DNA of 64,000 nt from Octopus vulgaris. Taxonomy: Eukaryota. Made by a program: the position numbers and the translations under genes. The notes below the pieces were generated by a model, which was not told the DNA's origin, ran no database searches, and saw only the letters and a program-made list of their open reading frames with translations. Numbering within the stretch: position 1 is the first letter of the stretch; each line of letters begins with the position of its first letter. Below are positions 57,487-64,000 of the stretch, piece by piece. The stretch is taken from NCBI GenBank assembly GCA_951406725.2, contig OX597831.1:73842001-73906000 (forward strand), read 5' to 3'.

Positions 57487-57638
57487 GAGGCTGTATGGTA
57501 CGAATTTTCCTTCCCAACCACGAGGCTCTGGGTTCAGTTCCATTGCGTTGGCACCTGGGGCAAGTGTCTTCCATGAGCGGGGCCGACTAAATTGCCTTAG
57601 AAGTACATTTGACTGTAAGGAACTGAAAGGAGCCCGTC

Positions 57639-57640
<2 letters not shown>
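57487..57640 (+). mobile_element. SINE family A, diverged 5' half
   Basis: ggctgtatggta...gggttcagttcca...aactgaaaggagcccgtcg. Confidence 0.7.
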
Positions 57641-57691
<51 letters not shown>

Positions 57692-57924
57692 TAGTAGAAA
57701 TATGTTACGAAAAGAGAATATAAAATACACGTGGAAATGTAAGGGTAAAATATGAAAAATCAACGAAAATGCATATTGCAGATAGAAAAATGCTATTTAT
57801 GACAGGTAAGTGACAAATATATACATTTAGATTGACTGAGGTAGTAATACGAGTCATAAAAGTCATTATTATGAGATGATTATAAGATGATAATAAAGTA
57901 AGAGGACAAAACGAACCAGTGATT

Positions 57925-58272
57925 TACGGCAATCCGTCGATTACGATGATGGGGTTCTAGTTGATCCGATCAACGGAACAGCCTGCACGTGAAATTAACG
58001 TGCATGTGGCTGAGCACTCCACAGACACGTGTACCCTTAACGTAGTTTTCGGGGAGATTTAACGTGACACAGTGTGTGACAACAGAAACAGGAAGAAAGA
58101 GTGAGAGAAAGTTGTGGTGAAAGAATACAGCAGGGATCACCACCCACTGTCGGAGCCTCGTGGAGCTTTAGGTATTTTCGCTCAATAAACACTCACAACG
58201 TCCAGTCTGGGAATCGAAATAGCGATCCTATGACCGCGAGTCCGCTGCCCTAACCACTGGGCCATTGCGCCT

Positions 58273-58277
<5 letters not shown>
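57925..58277 (-). mobile_element. tRNA-derived SINE, family D
   Basis: Minus-strand head ggaggcgcaatggcccagtggttagggcagcggactcgcggtcataggatcgctatttcgattccc. Body shared with 22670-22970. Confidence 0.8.
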
Positions 58278-58334
<57 letters not shown>

Positions 58335-58649
58335 GCTCTACATGTAAACAACTATATAGGTATATATATAACTGTATAAACACACGCATGCCCACAACCA
58401 CACATAAAACATAATCAAGGTTCATTTTCCTCGTCAAATTCACATCAGCATAAAGTCTTATCCCCGATTACTTGTCGAATCGTGTTCTCTCAGAAAATTA
58501 ACATCTCGGAACCAGTAAACTAAACTTCTGTTACCTACGTTCATGTACTTCTCCATCTACCTTATTGTTCGTCGCATGTATTTAAGGGTTTCATCATCTT
58601 GTATTCCCCGACAGGTCTCTGGTAAGATATAATTAAAAAATTTTTTAAG

Positions 58650-59708
58650 ATTTTTCAAACTAGGCCGAGAAGCTGCTGAAACAGCCCGCGATCTCAACGA
58701 TGCGTTTGGCCCAGGAACCACTAATGAACGTACAGCACAATGGTGGTTCAAGAAATTTCGTAGCGGTAACGAGAGTCTTGAAGATGATAAGCATAGTGGT
58801 CGGCCATCGGATTTTGACAACGATCAACTAAAAGCCTTAGTGGAAGCCATTCCACGCACAACTGTTCGAGAGCTTACTTCTGAATTAGACGTAACGTTTA
58901 CGACAATTTCCAACCCCTTGAAAGAGATTGGAAAAACAAAAATACTTGAGAAATGGGTGCCGCACGAATTGAACGACAACCAAAAAAACGCCGCTTTGAA
59001 GTGTCATCTTCCCTTCTTTTACACAACAAGAATGATCCATTTCTCGATTGGATTGTGACTTGCGATGAAAAGTGGATTCTTTACGACAACCAACAATGCT
59101 CAGTCCAGTGGTTGGACGCCGAGGAAGTTCCACGGCATTTCCCGAAGCCAAAGTTGCACCAGAAGAAGGTCATGGCAAGTGTTTTGTGGTCTGTGGCCGG
59201 TCTCATCCATCACAGCTTTTTGGATCCAGGTGAAACCATTACGGCGGAGAAGTAGTCAGCAAATGGATGAAATGCATAAGAAACTCCGACAACAACAGCC
59301 AGCATTGGTCAATAGAAAAGGACCAATACTACTCCACGACAACGTTCGGCTGCACGTCGCACAACTGACCCTACAGAAGTTGAACGAATTGGGCTACGAA
59401 ACTCTGCCTCATCCGCCATACTCACCAGACCTCTCGCCTGCCGACGATCACTTTTTCAAGCATCTCATCAACTTCCTGCGTGAGAAATGCTTCAAAAACC
59501 AAGACGATGCTAAACACGCCTTCAACGACTTCATCGCCACCAGAACGCAAGATTTTTACGCTACTGGCATAAATAAACTTGTTTCGCGTTGGCAAAAGTG
59601 TGTTGATTCTTATGGTGATTATTTCGATTAATAAAGTTTCGTTTGAGCCGAGATATGTGCATCTGAATTTAAAGGTTAAAAACCGCAAGAACTTTTTTGA
59701 CAAGCTAA
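58650..59708 (+). mobile_element. Mariner, cecropia/Hsmar1-like, 5'-truncated, transposase pseudogene
   Basis: [22 protein letters not shown] and HPPYSPDL motifs. Frameshifts near 58988 and 59255. Right TIR aaaaccgcaagaacttttttgacaagctaa followed by TA. Confidence 0.93.
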
Positions 59709-60118
59709 TAAATGTTAATTAGTTAACTGTCTTTAGTTCAACACTAGCTGAGGAGACAAAAAATCCTTGAAACATCGAAACGTCCAGAGAATTTACTAGT
59801 GTTAAACATCCCATAGCCATAAACTCATAGCATCGACTTGTTACCGCGTGGTCCAGCAATTTCAGTGAGTTGCTTATATGAAGTAGGATTGCAGTGCTAA
59901 AGTTCATGCGTGCATGTGTACAATATATACATATATACACACGCACACAAACATACAATCATACCTATATATATAACTGTATACACACATATATATACTC
60001 AAACACATACGTATTATGTTTATATATTTATGTATATATGTAGGAATACATATACATGTGTAAGAATATATATGTGTATATATATATATCGTTATACATA
60101 AACATATATATATGAACA

Positions 60119-60154
<36 letters not shown>

Positions 60155-60222
60155 TAATATATATATATATAATGCGAAGAAACAAAAGACTTGGTAATTT
60201 AATCCGCAAACATGACTCCGAT

Positions 60223-60270
<48 letters not shown>

Positions 60271-60402
60271 CACACATATTTATTCATATATTCACCCGCA
60301 GATACATACATGTATACGTACATAAAAACATACACGCCACACTCACATGTATGTCTATGAATTCAGAAACACACACACACATATAAATAAATAAATAAAT
60401 AA

Positions 60403-60459
<57 letters not shown>

Positions 60460-60608
60460 TATATATAAAGCGCAGAGTTACAGATGGAGAAAGCGTTTGT
60501 GTGTATGTGTGTGGGTGGGTGTGCGCACGTGTGAAAGGGGAAAAATATAGACTGTAGAATGAACGTGTATGTATGTGTGAATGTGTGAATGTATGCGTGT
60601 GTGTATGC

Positions 60609-60658
<50 letters not shown>

Positions 60659-60913
60659 TTCAAGTGATGAAATATTTTCGACAGCATTTCGCGTGTTGTA
60701 TTCTTCAAATATTTTGACACCTGATAACAGCAGCGTCTTACTCTTTTCGGTTGTCTTTGATATTCTGCAGGAGCAGAACTTGGTAAATGGTAATGGTCAC
60801 TGACAACAGTAGCGGTGGTGGTGATGGTGGTGATGGTTGTAGTAGATGTAACAATAGTGATGGTGATAGTGGTGGTGGTCGTCGTTGGAGTAGTAACAGT
60901 AGCGGCGGAGTTG

Positions 60914-60973
<60 letters not shown>

Positions 60974-61024
60974 ATAATGTTTCAAATTTTGGCACAAGGC
61001 CAGCAGTTTCCGGAACGGAGCTAA

Positions 61025-61192
61025 CTTGATTACATTGACCCTAATTTCTTCTGATACTCTATTTTATCGACCCTGAAAGGATGGATGGAAAAGTCGGCGT
61101 CGGTGGAATTCGAACACAGAACGTAAAGACGGACGAAATGCCGCTAAGCATTTTGCCCGGCGCCCTAACTATTCTTCCAGCTCCACCGCCTA
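61025..61192 (-). mobile_element. SINE family B, diverged
   Basis: ttttatcgaccctgaaaggatg...cgaaatgccgctaagcattttgcccggcg. Confidence 0.75.
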
Positions 61193-61303
61193 AGTGAGTA
61201 CAAATAGTAATAATATATCTATTTCTCTCTCTCTTGCTATATATATATATATATATATATACATACATACATACACACATACATACATACATACATACAT
61301 ATA

Positions 61304-62541
61304 CGAGGGGCGTTCAATAAGTAATGCCCCTGACCCACTTGCAGTTGTTTGATCTAGCTGAAATTTTGCATGTGCACTTATTTATACCTCTATAGATTAA
61401 GTGGAAAATTACAGCTCTGAACTAATTGTGGTTTCTGATTTACAGGTGTTTGAACTGAGTCAAGTGTGAAATGGAGCCTGTTGAGTGTCGAGCAGTGATC
61501 TGGTTTTTGTATTTGAAAGGACGCACACCACGGGAGACTTTTGATGAAATGAAAGTAACTTATGGTGATGATGCCCCATCATATGACCTTGTAAAACGCT
61601 GGCATTATGAATTCAAACATAGTCGGAACTCTGTGGAAACCGCTCCCAGATCTGGTCGCCCCCTTCTGCCGTTGATGAGACGTCTGTCCGTCAAGTTGAG
61701 GCTGCCATTTTGGAAGGTCAACGCATAACTATTCGCCAAATAGCCCATAAGGTCAAGATTAGTACCGGGTCTGTGGAAACTATCATTCATGACCATTTGC
61801 ATATGCAAAAGGTGTCTGCCAGAACCAAGAACGCGTTGAGTGCTCGAGGATGAATTTGGAGATGTGCCAAGAAGATGAGTCAAAATTTTTCAAAAGACTG
61901 ATCACACAGGATAAAACCTGGGTCCATCACTATGATCCATAGACCAAAGCCCAATCAATGCAGTGAAAGCACCGTGACTCACCTCCTCCAAAGAGGGCAA
62001 GGGTGCAACCCTCCGCTGACATGGTTATGCTCACAGTCTTCTGGGACCAGGACGGAGTAGTGATGACAGATTTCCTGGCAAAGGGTACCACAATTACAGG
62101 AGCCTATTATACTTCACTTTTGAGGAAATTAAGAGAAGCTATCAAAATCAAGAGGCGGGGCAAGATCAGCAAAGGCATCCTCCTCCTGCAGGACAACGCT
62201 CCGGTCCACAACTCGCGTGTCGCCAGATCAGAAGCACAGGCGTGCAGCTATGAACTCCTCCCCTTGCACCCTCTGATTTTCACCTCTTCCCAGCCATGAA
62301 GTTGATTTTGAAAGGAAAGCGTTTCCCAGATGATGCAGCCTTGATTTTTGAAGTCACGTCGTGGTTGGAGGACCAAGCTGGGGTCTTCTACAAAACGGTC
62401 TCCAGAGCTGTATCAAACGATGGGAGAAATGCATAACTCTGAATAGTTCCTATGTAGGAAAAGACTAATAACTGTGCCAAGTGTCGTTGCTCTACTGCTA
62501 TGGGAAGTGGGTCAGGGGCATTACTTATTGAACGCCCCTCG
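61304..62541 (+). mobile_element. Mariner, irritans-like, both ends intact, transposase pseudogene
   Basis: Perfect 37-bp TIRs (cgaggggcgttcaataagtaatgcccctgacccactt) and a TA TSD. Motifs PRSGRP, VMLTVFWD, LLLQDNAPVH and LAPSDFHLF are present with stops and frameshifts. Confidence 0.95.
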
Positions 62542-62573
62542 TATATATACCTATACACACACACATATATCTA

Positions 62574-62660
<87 letters not shown>

Positions 62661-62662
<2 letters not shown>

Positions 62663-62890
62663 CGGGAAAGTTTAAGAAAATAAACAAAAGACGAAGGCAG
62701 GTGGAGTACAAACAAACAAATGTATTAGTATGGCGCTCAGGAATAGAAATAGAACAAGTCTTTTACGTTTCGAGCCTACGCTCTTTGACAGAAAGAAACA
62801 CAGAAAAAAACCCAAAAAACAAAAAAAAAAACAAGGAGAGAAACAAGGAGAGAAAAAATGCGTGTAGGAACTAACGATCTATCATGGCGT
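62661..62890 (-). mobile_element. Hammerhead-bearing repeat, family H1
   Basis: Minus strand TCTTT CTGTCAA A GAGC GTAG GCTC GAAACGTA AAAGA at 62759-62796. Abuts (TA)n. Confidence 0.85.
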
Positions 62891-63081
62891 TCTGACTTCA
62901 GGCAGAGGTCAGAGGTCAGACGTTAGAAGCTAGGGGGACAGTAGGGGAGATAACAGGGTCAAGTGACTTCCAAAACGAAGGTGGCCCCAACACGAAGGTG
63001 AGAGAGGAGATGAGGGGGAGAGAGGGAGAGGGGGGAGAGAGGAGATGAGGGGGAGAGAGGAGGAGGAGGAGAAAAGACCTG

Positions 63082-63692
63082 GTAATTCAATCTGCAAACA
63101 TGACTCCGATTAGATATGGATTTAAAGGACGAATGTACATGATAGAATAGAAATATATAAATCCACAGACATTTTTTAAAGATCTGTTAATAAATAAATA
63201 TATTAAAAATATATCTGCGTAAATTAATAGATTTTAAAAATCTCCGGATTGAAAACATTAAAACATGCCTGTATTGGTAAAAATATTGAAGAAAGTCTGA
63301 AGTGGAGATGGAAACGAAGTAAAAGATACAACGAGTAGCGAAATTACAATTCGGAATAGTTAAAATTAAAGTATGGTACCAACGGCCGTTTCTAGAGGTT
63401 CATTGCGGAAAATTAAAGGGATTAATTTCGCTCCTCTTTTACTTCGCTTCCATCACCACTTCAGACTTCCTCCAATATTTTTACCTATACACGCATGTTT
63501 TAATGTTTTTATACTTCAATCCGAAGATTTTTTAAAATCTATTAATTTACACATATATATTTTTAATATTATTTATTTATTTATAAATCTTTATAAAAAA
63601 ATTGTCTGTGTATTTCTATAATTCTATTCTATCATGTACATTTGTCCTTTAAATCCATTTCTAATCGGAGTCATGTTTGCGGATTGAATTAC
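63082..63692. repeat. Long imperfect inverted repeat (~265-bp arms)
   Basis: 63082-63346 mirrors 63423-63692. The arm tip also occurs at 60171-60224. Confidence 0.88.
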
Positions 63693-64000
63693 TTTTGTTT
63701 CTTCACATTACATATTTATATCTTTCGTGTCAAGTCACTCTTGAGCACTTCTAAGTCCAAACCTCCACACTGTCAGAGAATTTCTAATCAATCTTCTTTC
63801 TCAAGACAATTATATATATATAGTACAAGTTTTTTTTGCCAACATAACGTAGCAGTCCTGCACAGGACTTTCTTACTACTTTTTAAGGAAAACATCTTAT
63901 GCAGATGGTTTATCGCCACATGGTCTGTGTCCGAGATATACTGTAAGTAAGCGGGCTTACTACTCCCTTCTAGCCGTTTGTATATGTCTCTCTTTACTCT

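Noticed and set aside
58200-58277. tRNA gene
   Set aside because: The tRNA-like segment is the head of a SINE and continues into a repeat body shared with 22670-22970.
58650-59631. SETMAR gene
   Set aside because: No SET domain, frameshifted and TIR-flanked: a free mariner copy.

Overview
Eukaryotic, AT-rich, microsatellite-saturated intronic or intergenic DNA. The SINE families and repeat landscape look like an octopus (coleoid cephalopod) genome; this is an inference. Almost all ORFs in the supplied track are translations of simple repeats, and no intact, recognisable host gene is present. There are only weak candidate exons (6-430, 42081-42456, 49167-50422). The identifiable content is mobile DNA: several tRNA-derived SINE families, a decayed hAT/Buster transposon, two mariners (Hsmar1-like and irritans-like), two Helitrons, a piggyBac-type MITE, 3' fragments of RTE, R4/Dong and Tx1 LINEs, a decayed Penelope-like RT, and a possible solo LTR. 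The most interesting signal is a set of short repeats embedded in (TA)n that fold as minimal type-I hammerhead ribozymes. They fall into four families whose cores covary at the 3-8 pair (C3-G8, G3-C8, U3-A8), and one family has U instead of A at position 6 in every copy. Also notable are a SINE whose 3' tail matches the Tx1-like LINE, several retroelements each sitting in a different microsatellite class, and multiple long foldback structures.
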